Assembly (NCBI GenBank): GCA_030248215.1
Contig: JASANG010000641.1
Location: forward strand, 372,001-416,630
Origin: Enoplolaimus lenunculus
Lineage: Eukaryota
Direction: 5' to 3'
DNA length: 44,630 nt
The notes beneath the pieces were generated by a model. That model did not search any database. It was not told the origin of the DNA and saw only the letters and a program-made list of their open reading frames with translations. How positions within the stretch are numbered: position 1 is the stretch's first letter; the number at the start of each line of letters is the position of its first letter. Below are positions 27,494 through 37,403 of this stretch, piece after piece. The translations under genes were made by a program, and so were the position numbers.

Positions 27494-28194
27494 CAAGAGT
27501 GGATGATGCATACTTCAACAAGAGTATACAACTGGGTATATGCTGTGTAGGAAAGAATGTACCTGGCACGTCTTGCATTTTTTGCGTACCCCTTTATTTA
27601 TGGAGATACACCAGGCTGCGACCGGATATTAGTTTTCACGATACCGGAACCGGATATTAACCGGATATGTCATATAAATTTGTAACACTGTTAAAGTATT
27701 TGAGTCGCGCAAAATATATGTTTACTGAATTACAATTAATTGTTACCTTGAACTGTTTAATTTCATTTCAGCGTATCAAAACTTTAACTTCTTGACTTAC
27801 GGACAAATACAATTGTATCAAGATATCATAGACGTTCACATTTAAAAACCAGTCTTATGAAATTCACGACCACAACCGTGAATTTCCGAAATCCGGCAGG
27901 TTTATACCGGGTACGGAAGCGGATACGGATGTTGATTTTTACCAATATATTAAACGGGATCCGGGTGTCCGGTTGCACTCTGAGTACAACAGGTGCGAAC
28001 CGTGATACTGTATGTATGCAGCATCAGAAATGTTCCACTTATTGTTTTATTTAGGGGTACGTATTGCATGTGATAGCGACCCTTCTAAATAAAGGGGTTG
28101 GGTCGACCGAAAATACAACGCCCGGTGGCACATTTGGTACCATATAAAATTCGGTAGTTGCACACTTTTGTAAAACAGTGATCATTTACTCTTG
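27494..28194. mobile_element. CAAGAGTGGAT-TIR element (possibly P-like), host of the nested MITE, just upstream of the LITAF ATG
   Basis: caagagtggatgat ... atcatttactcttg; homologous to 12044-12390 and 32311-32631. Confidence 0.78.
27612..27982. mobile_element. hAT-like CAGGGTGCAA-family MITE nested in a CAAGAGTGGAT element
   Basis: caggctgcgaccggat ... tccggttgcactctg. Confidence 0.78.
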
Positions 28195-28308
28195 TTGATA
28201 TTAATATTAACAGTAAACCGTTTCTGACTATTTTGTTTAAGGAATTGTGTACTATTTACATTCAATTACGTATTTAAATTTTTTTATTAATTGTAATATT
28301 TACCGAAA

Positions 28309-28342
28309 ATGGCGGATCCAGAAGCACCACAAGATACTAAAG
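28309..28342 (+). CDS. LITAF-like gene coding exon 1 (MADPEAPQDTK)
   Basis: ATG in aaaATGG context; donor G|gtatgt at 28343. Confidence 0.75.
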
Positions 28343-31300
28343 GTATGTTACGTGTTATATATCAATTCAGCTTATCAAACTGTGTTTATTATGCAACTTT
28401 TTCATTTACGGTACTTGTTAGCTGTCCTTCGTTTTACTTTCCCCACCGTGAAATGGTTCAATTTGCTAAACTGTAAAAGCGCCGTTGTAAAAATTACTGT
28501 TTGCATTAGTGTTGATCAAGGCTAAGCCTAAGCCTAAGTTTAAATTTCACACTATTCAAAGAACAACTAAAACTTATAAAATGAGTTTAGGTTTTTTTTA
28601 CTCAATTCTTGCGTTTTGGTTTCGTTGGCAGATTTGGGGCATTTTTTAACTACATACGTTTCCAGCAGGGTGCAACCGGAATTATAAAATACTGGATAAA
28701 AATGTTTGTTACCGAAACATTCATTTTTAAGCGCTATTTTAGCGCTTTTAATGCTGTAAACACACCATTTAGAATGCCAAAATTCTGAAACAAATGCAGT
28801 AGGTGGAAATATATGAATAATTATTACGTTTGGCACAGATTGAACATTTTGGCAATACACGCTCGAACAATTTTAAATAAATAGTTTAGAATAATGTGCC
28901 ACTTTTTCTTAAATTTTAGAATGAGAAAAAATTTTCAATACCGAAAATACCGAAAAATTCCGGTGAAAAAATACCGGATTTCTTACCGGAACCGGATAGT
29001 TAAAATACCGCATTTTCCTACCGGAACCAACATTCCGGTTGCACCCTGGTGTCCAGTAAAAGTCTCACAATGAACTTAAGCTTCCTGTATCTGTTGTGGC
29101 TGAGACTGTCTTACGATTCAGTTACTTTTCGAGTTTTAGCGTAAAGGCCGTTGCTGTTTGACTCTTGATATATTTGTGTGAATTAAACAAGTAATAAAAC
29201 TCTTATCGGCAGTTGAAAAATGTTATTTTATTTCAGTTAAATATCCGTCGATCGACGAAACTTCCGATTTAAAACCTCAGCCGGAATCAGGTATGAACGA
29301 GAAGATTACTATAAAGCATCCTATTGAATAAATACTCTCGCAGTTAGCACCGGGTCCACAATTTGCTGTCGTAAAGCTCGCAGTTTATAATAGATCCCTC
29401 GCGAGCGTAGCGACCGAGAAATCAAACGCAATTTTAGTACTAATGCGTAAGATCGTAATGAAAAATGTTTTATATTGCCGCAGCCGAAATTTTTTAAGTG
29501 TACACCGTCCGACACTAGCGGGTATACTCTGTTAATAACAGCTTAAAAGTTGTCACACAATCGGCAGTCATGTAGGTAGTTCAACCTGCTACGTTGGGGC
29601 AAAACCACTTTTGGAGTGGCGTGCACATGAAATAACAAGCTTACACACAGGGTTAAAACGTTTTTCTAGACAGTAACAATTTTTCTAGACGGGGCTAAGC
29701 TGTCAGTGGCCCCCTCTGGGTAGAGGCCCTAGTAATCGGTCATTACTAGCAAACCAACCGTGATAAATTTGAAATTTAGTTACAGACACAACGCCTGCAC
29801 CGCAGCATGGTACTGATCCTGAAGAAGTTACACCTGTGATTATGCCTCCAGCAAAGTTACAATTTGGCGAATCGCCACAGTCAATCAGTTGTCCGAAATG
29901 CAACGAAAACATCGTCACTCAAACAAAAACAAAGCCTGGACTGTTGTGTTGGATTATATTTTCTACGCTGTTCGCAGCTGGGTAAAAATCGTCATTGTAA
30001 ATCATGGAGGTTATAGAAGCCTTAATCAGGAGGGAGGGGGTTGAGTACGAATCGCTTACAATGACGCATGTGAGATAAGGGGGTCATTGCCAGGGTTTTG
30101 GTTTCGGTTTTATGAGGTAGGGCCATTTGGTTAGAGGCAGTGCAGGCAGCTGGCATTTTGATATCGTAGGACAGGTCAATAGAGCCCAGCTTGTTGGAGG
30201 CAGGGGCGGTCTTTGTTTTCTGTTGTGGCCTCAGTCGCGGTAAGTTCAGTTCTGAAAGTCCTAACTCAGACTGAGTGATTCAACTCAGTCTGAGTTAAAA
30301 TCAGCTCAGTCGGATTTACAGTGTACATGCTTGATTGGAACTAACCAGAAACATGCAATGGTTCTTACGCGTATACCTACCGGTATTAAGCATATTTTGC
30401 AAACGAAGCTAAAATATTTCCAGAAAAATGGCTAATTATTTTCGCATTGGGGGTACCGTTTAAGGTCCCCGTTGACTACGAACCCGCTATAGAGACATAT
30501 TTGGTTTATAGCAGAATCTGAAAATTTGACTGGCTTCCAACAGGTTTCTCGAGTAGATCGTGTGAAATGTTCTATAATTTTATAAACAGGTACTTGGTCT
30601 AATTGGTACGGTAGGCATGCCCGTAGCCAGCTCACTTTGCTGTGGGACACAGCTAAACATTTTCAAGTGGGGCATTTTCTAGGGTTAACAAAAATTCTTC
30701 CAGAACGACTGAGCCCCTCCCCTGGCTTCGTCTGGCTACGGGCCCGACGGTTAGGTCGATTAAACTTAGAATTTGCGTAAATATTTAGACCTAATGCATC
30801 GATGTGGGTATTCTTTGTTGTTTACAGTGCTACTTCTCAGCTATAAACGAGCAAACGACCGAATGACCAGCGGTGAATTAATGCTTAGTGAAGACGATTT
30901 GTGTGAAAAATTTATCTTTTTTATTTATTTGTTTGTGTTTTTTAACATTGTGTTTTAGATTTTTTATATTCGTCCTTCCGTGGTGCTGTTGCTGGGTGCC
31001 TTTTGTCGTCAAGTCGTGTCTCGACATTCAACATTTCTGTCCAAGCTGCAAGCAGCGTGTAGGAACGTTTCGTCGAATTGGGTACGTGTCATACGCATAT
31101 TAGTAACATGGTTAAAACAAAGACACACTTTAGCCATTGTTAGATTAAGGGTTGCGCTATACTTGACGTCAGGAGCGGTCTGTCACCGTGTGTCACCCGT
31201 ACGGCGCCCTCCGTAACTATGCGTCACCATACATTATCGTATGTGAGTTATTTGCGTACGATACCGCACGGTTACGAACGGCGCCGCGCAGTGACGGACG

Positions 31301-32143
31301 GCAGCATACGTCAGCAAAAGTATAGCGAAACCCTAAGGTTTAAAGATATACGCTGGTAATTAGGGGCGTGTACAAGTGGGGGAATGCAGGAGATATATCG
31401 ATAGCCCCCTCGAGAAATTCCCGTGGAGACAACAAAAAGCGCTTAACTTTAAAATAACCTGTTGGATCCTAACGATCAGAAAACTTTTTTATATACTTGA
31501 CCTTATACCCTGTCGTATGGAAAGTTTGGCTTCGGTAGTGCTGCTAAACATACACAAAAACTGTTTTGGATTTTCAACGCTGAAAAGTAGAGCCAAATGT
31601 TTTGCGTTTTGCCGATTTTCTAGCAATTATTGTTTGACCGTCAATACTAGTAGCGATTTTGGCTTCTTGATCTGTATTACGCACCTAAATTTGTACCACA
31701 AAGGTAGGGTCAACAGAAATTTTCAGTTGCAGTTGCGTCGACGCATGGCAGAGGTTTGTAAATAACTATTAATCTTACCATAATTGGTAAAAGTTCTGGC
31801 CAATGTAAATAAAAGGAGCGGAACAGTATTATAAGCATATTGCTAAGTCTACGCATCAGCGTAAGAATGAGCATATTCCTTAGCATAAGCTTAAGGGTAA
31901 GAATGAGCATATTCCTAAGCCTAAGCGTAAGAATGAGCATATTCCTAAGCCTAAGCCAAAGTCAAACAAAAAAATTAGTCTAATGCTTAAACTTACTCTT
32001 TTCTAGACCAACACAAAAAACGTTCCGCCCCTGATCTTTACATAGGCCAAAGTTTTAAATCTGATTTCTAAACACTGTATTTTATTTATTTTATTAAATA
32101 TTTCAGGGGAAGCACACAAGGAGGATCTGGAGTACAGATTTGA
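28309..32143 (+). CDS. LITAF: LITAF-domain (SIMPLE-like zinc-binding, membrane-associated) protein, 5 coding exons, ~149 aa
   Basis: Manually spliced exons 28309-28342, 29237-29290, 29780(or 29786)-29981, 30959-31081 and 32107-32143. All introns are GT..AG with consistent phases (1,1,2,2). Translation: MADPEAPQDTKVKYPSIDETSDLKPQPESVTDTTPAPQHGTDPEEVTPVIMPPAKLQFGESPQSISCPKCNENIVTQTKTKPGLLCWIIFSTLFAAGFFIFVLPWCCCWVPFVVKSCLDIQHFCPSCKQRVGTFRRIGGSTQGGSGVQI*. The pattern CPxC - hydrophobic segment - CCxxPF - HxCPxC after a Pro-rich N-terminus is the zf-LITAF-like signature. The symbol denotes the family; orthology is not established. Confidence 0.9.
28666..29048. mobile_element. hAT-like MITE in LITAF intron 1 (mirror ~42199-42580)
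   Basis: Perfect TIR cagggtgcaaccggaat / attccggttgcaccctg; TSD gtttccag / gtgtccag. Confidence 0.9.
29237..29290 (+). CDS. LITAF-like gene coding exon 2 (VKYPSIDETSDLKPQPES)
   Basis: Acceptor ttttatttcag, donor G|gtatga, 54 nt, phase 1-1, no stop. Confidence 0.75.
29780..29981 (+). CDS. LITAF-like gene coding exon 3 (first CPKC knuckle and start of hydrophobic region)
   Basis: Two in-frame acceptors (tttag ending 29779, tacag ending 29785); donor GG|gtaaaa; encodes ...SPQSISCPKCNENIVTQTKTKPGLLCWIIFSTLFAAG. Confidence 0.9.
30959..31081 (+). CDS. LITAF-like gene coding exon 4 (CCCWVPF...HFCPSC)
   Basis: Long polypyrimidine tract plus ttttag; donor GG|gtacgt; encodes the C-terminal half of the LITAF domain. 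Confidence 0.92.
31149..31333. mobile_element. Harbinger/Tourist-like MITE in LITAF intron 4 (mirror ~39925-40109)
   Basis: taa|gggttgcgctatactt ... aagtatagcgaaaccc|taa: GGG termini and 3-bp TAA TSD. Confidence 0.88.
31798..32048 (+). mobile_element. Family A MITE in the last LITAF intron, with internal tandem expansion (mirror copy 39215-39463)
   Basis: TIRs present; TSD aaagttct / aaagtttt; three copies of aagaatgagcatattcct. Confidence 0.92.
32107..32143 (+). CDS. LITAF-like gene terminal coding exon (GGSTQGGSGVQI*)
   Basis: Acceptor tatttcag, phase matches the exon 4 donor, TGA at 32141-32143; candidate AATAAA at 33551. Confidence 0.65.
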
Positions 32144-32310
32144 TATTGGAAAATCCACCGTTAGTTTTGTGTATTTTGTGTATATTATGTTGTTTTGTTT
32201 TTGTTTGCATTCATAACTTAAGCGGTAGCAATTGCAAATCTGTAAGGGGTTGATGGGTAGATGTATTCTCCCCCCCCAAAAAATTACGCCTGTGTCGGAA
32301 TTACTAGAAT

Positions 32311-32631
32311 CAAGAGTGGATTATGACAAAAATGTGCAAGTTTTGGGGTCCCGCATGGTACAATATGTACTTACAGGCGTTGCGTTTTTTCGGCCAATCC
32401 CCTTTGTTTAGAGGGAGCTTACTGCAACATGAATACCACTAAATAAACTATAAGGGAACACGTTTGACGCCGCATACATAAAGTCTCATGGTATGGTTCG
32501 CACCGGTTGTATCCCCCTCTAAATAAAGGCGGAAAACACAAAAAACGCAACGCGTGTCGGGTGGTACATTTTTTCTGCGCAGAATGTATCCAGTTCCATA
32601 CTCTTGTTGAAGTATGCATCATCCGCTATTG
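32311..32631. mobile_element. CAAGAGTGGAT-TIR element in the putative LITAF 3' UTR (mirror ~38638-38959)
   Basis: caagagtggattat ... atcatccgctattg; 7-bp flanks ctagaat / ttagaat. Confidence 0.78.
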
Positions 32632-33045
32632 TTAGAATTAACCAATTATAAAACGCCGTTTTTATAACACTTGCCTTAGAAGGTTTTCAAACAATTCTAA
32701 AAACACTGCAGAAAATTTCTTAAAATTAATACATTATGGACGTTCTACTTCAGCTTAATAGATACTATTTCTCTTCGAAGACATCAGGGATTTATCATTG
32801 TGTTTTTGTGCTTGGTTTGCTTTTGTTTAGCTTGCATTGCAAATAGTTTGGGACATTGTATACAACAGGGCCGTGTCCGTATGGGAATAGGAACCGTGAC
32901 TTCAGACGCTTTTTACCAAACATCATGTAATCGACCTACAGAACGGGAAATGATCTTGGGGTCTTAAGAATCCAAGGCAAGTGCTCACTACTGCACCACG
33001 CAGCCCGCCTGTCCAACTACTGTATTCGTCGAGTATATGTGTGAC

Positions 33046-33226
33046 AAGCATGTATCACATGCTTACATGCCTTAACAGTAGCATATGATTTCTAAGACTA
33101 AGCGTATGAACGAGCATACACAAAAGCCTAAGCTTTCACTTAAGCAAAAAAATAGTCTAAAGCTTAAGCTTACTCGATTGCAGTTCCGCAGAAAAACGTT
33201 CTCCGCACCTGCTTTTTACATTGGCC
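33046..33226 (+). mobile_element. Family A MITE, diverged (mirror ~38043-38220)
   Basis: agtctaaagcttaagcttactc ... ttttacattggcc. Confidence 0.75.
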
Positions 33227-33969
33227 ATAATTTAAATAGATAAACCCTCGAAGTTTTATAATACTTTTGGAAGCGAGTCTGATTTTGATTAGGGTTTCTA
33301 CATCTGTTCAAATAGTCCTGTTCTTTATATGCGTATGTGTATAGTGAGTGAATTGTTAGCTGGGTACTCTGTTTACTATTCCCCACTCGAGCGTTTCCCT
33401 CACACGTTAAGAATATTTATAAAATAGACTAAGGTTTAACTTAAAGGTCAAGCTTAGCTTCAACGCTATTATTTCTATCGGTTTCTTGCGATATAATTTG
33501 CTTGTTTGTCATTTGTACGATTGTTTTTGCTGCTTGCAGATGCTGTCTGTAATAAAAATTTCATTAAATTTTGTTGTTTCGTATTGTTTTTTTAAATTTG
33601 TAAATAAACGGAGCAGATAAATAGCCTAAGCTGTTTCGGTCAATGTAACAAAAGGGCCGTACTGCAGAAAGGGGTTCTAGCTAGTAGCCTAGTAAGCGAA
33701 GATGAGGTTGTATTTAGATATGTCATCTAAGTAGGAGGAAATATTGAGTTGTAGTCAGATTGTTGTTATATGTTAAGATTGGTCTAAAGCAGGGATGTTA
33801 TTTTTAGGGGGTCAGGTTTTGGTGGGTCTATAGGAGGTTTAGTTTTGATTATTTTTTTGTTAGGTGAGTAGGTTTATCGGTAGATCATGGCCAATGTATA
33901 GCAAGGGGCTTCAGTTTTAGGTGGAAAAATACAGGGTGAGCGAGCCTCTATGAGTATTTTTATTTGAGG

Positions 33970-34950
33970 AAATTATCTAGTTTTACTGGGTTGGATGGGA
34001 TAGAGATAGGTTTTGGTTGGCGAGTGGATTCTATCTAGTTTTCCTGGGTTGGTAGGGAATTGATTGGTTTTGGTTGGACGGGAAAGTGTAAATTCTACCT
34101 AGTTTTTCTGGGTTGGTAGGGAAATCTGAGATGGGTTTTGGTGAAACGGGAAAGTGGAAATTTAATGCTAGTTTTTCGCTGGGTTGGTAGGGAAACTGAA
34201 CAAGTTTCGGTTGGAAAACGGGAAAAGTGGAAAATTTTAATGCTTAGATTTTTTCCCTGGGTTGGTAGGGAAAACCTGATGAAAAGTTTGTTTGGAAAAC
34301 GGGAAAAGTGGAAATTTTAAATGCTTACATTTTCCCTGGGTTTGTAGGGAAAATTTGAAGCATAGATTTTGGTTGGAAAACGGGAAAAGTGGAAAATTTA
34401 AAGCCTAGATTTCCTTGGTTGGTAGGGAAAATCTGTAGTGTAAAAGTTTGTTTGGAAAAGGGAAAAGTGGAAATTTAAAAGCTTACATTATTCCTGGGTT
34501 GGTAGGGAAAATTTGAAGCATAGGTTTTGGTTGGAAAACGGGAAAAGTGGAAAATTTGAACGCCTTATTTTCCCTTGGTTGGTAGGGAAAATCTGAGTGT
34601 AAAAGTTTGTTTGGAAAACGGGAAAAGTGGAAATTTTAAAAGCTTACATTATTTCTGGGTTGGTAGGGAAAATTTGAAGCATAGGTTTTGGTTGGAAAAC
34701 GGGAAAGTGGAAATTTAAAAGCCTAGATTTTCCCTTGGTTGGTAGGGAAAATCTGCAGCATAGGTTTTGATTGGAAAACGGGAAAATTAAAATTTAAACG
34801 CCTAAATTTACCCTGGGTTGGTAGGAATATTCTGAAGCATTGGTTTTGTTTTTAAAACGGGAAAAGTGGAAAATTTCTACGTCTAGATTTCCCCTTGGTT
34901 GGAAAGGAAAATCTAAAGCATAGGTTTTGTTTGGAAAATGGGAAAAGTAG
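33970..34950 (-). repeat. 81-bp satellite array, left (G-rich on + strand), ~12 units, degraded or noisy
   Basis: Repeated ggttggtagggaaaat...ggttggaaaacgggaaaagtggaaa; reverse complement of the right array. Confidence 0.95.
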
Positions 34951-35461
34951 TAAATTCCAATGGAATGATTTAACAACACATAGCAGATATTTGCTAAAAT
35001 TAACAAATTAAATATCATTTCAACGACCTGATTTCACCTCACCTGCGCTCATCTCCGTTCCGTACTTTTTTCACTTCCGCTCCGATCTGCATTTTTCACC
35101 TCCGTTCATCCTACAAACTAACAGGCAATATATTTCGACGCTGGTCAAAACAAGAACCGCGGACGGAAAAGTGCAATGAACAAAATCTACTTTACAGTTA
35201 AACCTAAATGAGCAGAGCATTTATCCGAAATAATACATGACTATTAAATATATCAGATTTGATAGTCCCAGCACAAGATTGGTCAAAACAAGATACCACC
35301 GGGTGGCCCAGTATTATGAGAACATAAGTCTGTTAACAAAGTCGACGCTTTGAGTGACGCCTTAAGGTTGTAAAAAAGTTTTAATTTGTTTTAAAGACGT
35401 TGTTGGCTAATGGCCGGAAAGACGAGGAAACATAAATATATCAAATTTGGTCGTCGCTGAC

Positions 35462-37170
35462 TTCCAACCCAGGGTAAATCTAGGCGTTTTCATTTTCCAC
35501 TTTTCCCATTTTTCAACCAAAACCTATGCTTCATATTTTCCCTACCAACCTAAGGTGAATCTAGGCCTTTAAATTTTCCACTTTTCCCATTCTCCAACCA
35601 AAACCTATGCTTCAGATTTTCCCTACCAACCGAAGGTAAATCTAGGCCTTTAAATTTTCCACTTTTCCCGTTTTCCAACCGAAACCTATGGTTCAGATTT
35701 TCCCTACCAACCTAAGGTAAATCTAGGCCTTTAAATTTTCCACTTTTCCCGTTTTCCAACCAAAACCGATGCTTCAGATTTTCCCTACCAACCTAAGGTA
35801 AACTAGGCCTTTAAATTTTCCACTTTTCCCGTTTTCCAACCAAAACCTATGCTTCAGATTTTTCCTACCAACCTAAGGTAAATCTAGGCCTTTAAATTTT
35901 CCACTTTTCCCATTTTGCAACCAAAACCTATGCTTCATATTTTCCCTACCAACCTAAGGTAAATCTAGGCCTTTAAATTTTCCACTTTTCCCGTTTTCCA
36001 ACCAAAATCTATACTTCAGACTTTCCCTAACAAGCCAGGGTAAATCTAAGCATTAAAATTTTCCACTTTTCCCGTTTTCCAACCAAAACCTATGCCTTAC
36101 GCTTGAATTTTCCACTTTTCCCGTTTTCCAACCGAAACCTTTGCTTCAGGTTTTCCCTACCAACCCAGCGAAAAAATCTAGGCATTAGAATTTTCCACTT
36201 TTCCCGTTTTCCAACCAAAACCTATGCTTCAGATTTTCCCTACCAACCTAAGGTAAATCTAGGCCTTTAAATTTTCCACTTTTCCCATTCTCCAACCAAA
36301 ACCTATGCTTCAGATTTTCCCTACCAACCGAAGGTAAATCTAGGCCTTTAAATTTTCCACTTTTCCCGTTTTCCAACCGAAACCTATGGTTCAGATTTTC
36401 CCTACCAACCTAAGGTAAATCTAGGCCTTTAAATTTTCCACTTTTCCCGTTTTCCAACCAAAACCGATGCTTCAGATTTTCCCTACCAACCTAAGGTAAA
36501 CTAGGCCTTTAAATTTTCCACTTTTCCCGTTTTCCAACCAAAACCTATGCTTCAGATTTTTCCTACCAACCTAAGGTAAATCTAGGCCTTTAAATTTTCC
36601 ACTTTTCCCATTTTCCAACCAAAACCTATGCTTCATATTTTCCCTACCAACCTAAGGTAAATCTAGGCCTTTAAATTTTCCACTTTTCCCGTTTTCCAAC
36701 CAAAATCTATACTTCAGACTTTCCCTACCAAGCCAGGGTAAATCTAAGCATTAAAATTTTCCACTTTTCCCGTTTTCCAACCGAAACCTTTGCTTCAGGT
36801 TTTCCCTACCAACCCAGCGAAAAAATCTAAGCATTAAAATTTTCCACTTTTCCCGTTTTCCAACCGAAACCTTTGCTTCAGGTTTTCCCTACCAACCCAG
36901 CGAAAAAATCTAGGCATTAGAATTTTCCACTTTTCCCGTTTTCCAGCCAAAACCCATGCTTCAGATTTCCCTACCAACCCATGGGAAAAATCTAGGCATT
37001 AGAATTTTACACTTTTCCCGTTTTCCAACCAAAACCAATGTTTCAGATTTTCCCTACCAACCCAGGGGAAAATCTAGGCATTAGAATTACCCACTTTTCC
37101 CGTTTTCCAACCAAAACCTATGCTTCTGATTTCCCATCCAACCCAGGGTAAAATCTAGGCATTAAATTTT
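35462..37170 (+). repeat. 81-bp satellite array, right (C-rich on + strand), ~21 units, with a 698-bp higher-order duplication
   Basis: Unit of the form tctaggcctttaaattttccacttttcccgttttccaaccaaaacctatgcttcagattttccctaccaacctaaggtaaa; tctaggcct at 35641 and 35722 gives a period of 81. Confidence 0.97.
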
Positions 37171-37281
37171 CCTACGAAATCAGCGGAAAATTTAGCCGTC
37201 ATACAGGAGTGGCTGCGCTGCACTCCTGGTTATATGTTTTCCACCGTGGAAAACTGGAAGCCCCTGTGCTATACATTGGCC

Positions 37282-37403
37282 CATGAGTCTAAGCCGATAA
37301 AGCCTAAGCTTCAGCCTAAGCAAAAAAAGTAATCAAGAATCTAAACCTGCTCTTTTATAGACCCACCAGAAACCTGGACCCCTCTTAAAAAGTAACATGG
37401 GCC
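37282..37403 (+). mobile_element. 3' half of a family A MITE abutting the foldback element
   Basis: Matches the 3' half of 16648-16849 (cttttatagacc..ccagaaacctggac..aagtaacatgggcc); the 5' half is absent. Confidence 0.8.

Larger units (their letters stand above)
33889..37281. mobile_element. Foldback-type DNA element: GGCCAATGTATAGCACAGGGG termini, long inverted arms of 81-bp satellite, central spacer
   Basis: ggccaatgtatagca-agggg at 33889 and cccctgtgctatacattggcc ending 37281 match the TIR of the GGCC MITE family. Satellite arrays start ~100 bp inside each end. The right flank begins in the middle of a MITE. Confidence 0.6.

Noticed and set aside
35280..35330. Merlin transposase remnant in the spacer (RYHR or GGP-like words)
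   Set aside because: Too short, interrupted by stops, and no DDE motif visible
33970..37170. Telomere-telomere fusion or CRISPR array at the palindrome centre
   Set aside because: The arrays are an 81-bp satellite, not short telomeric repeats, and have no variable spacers
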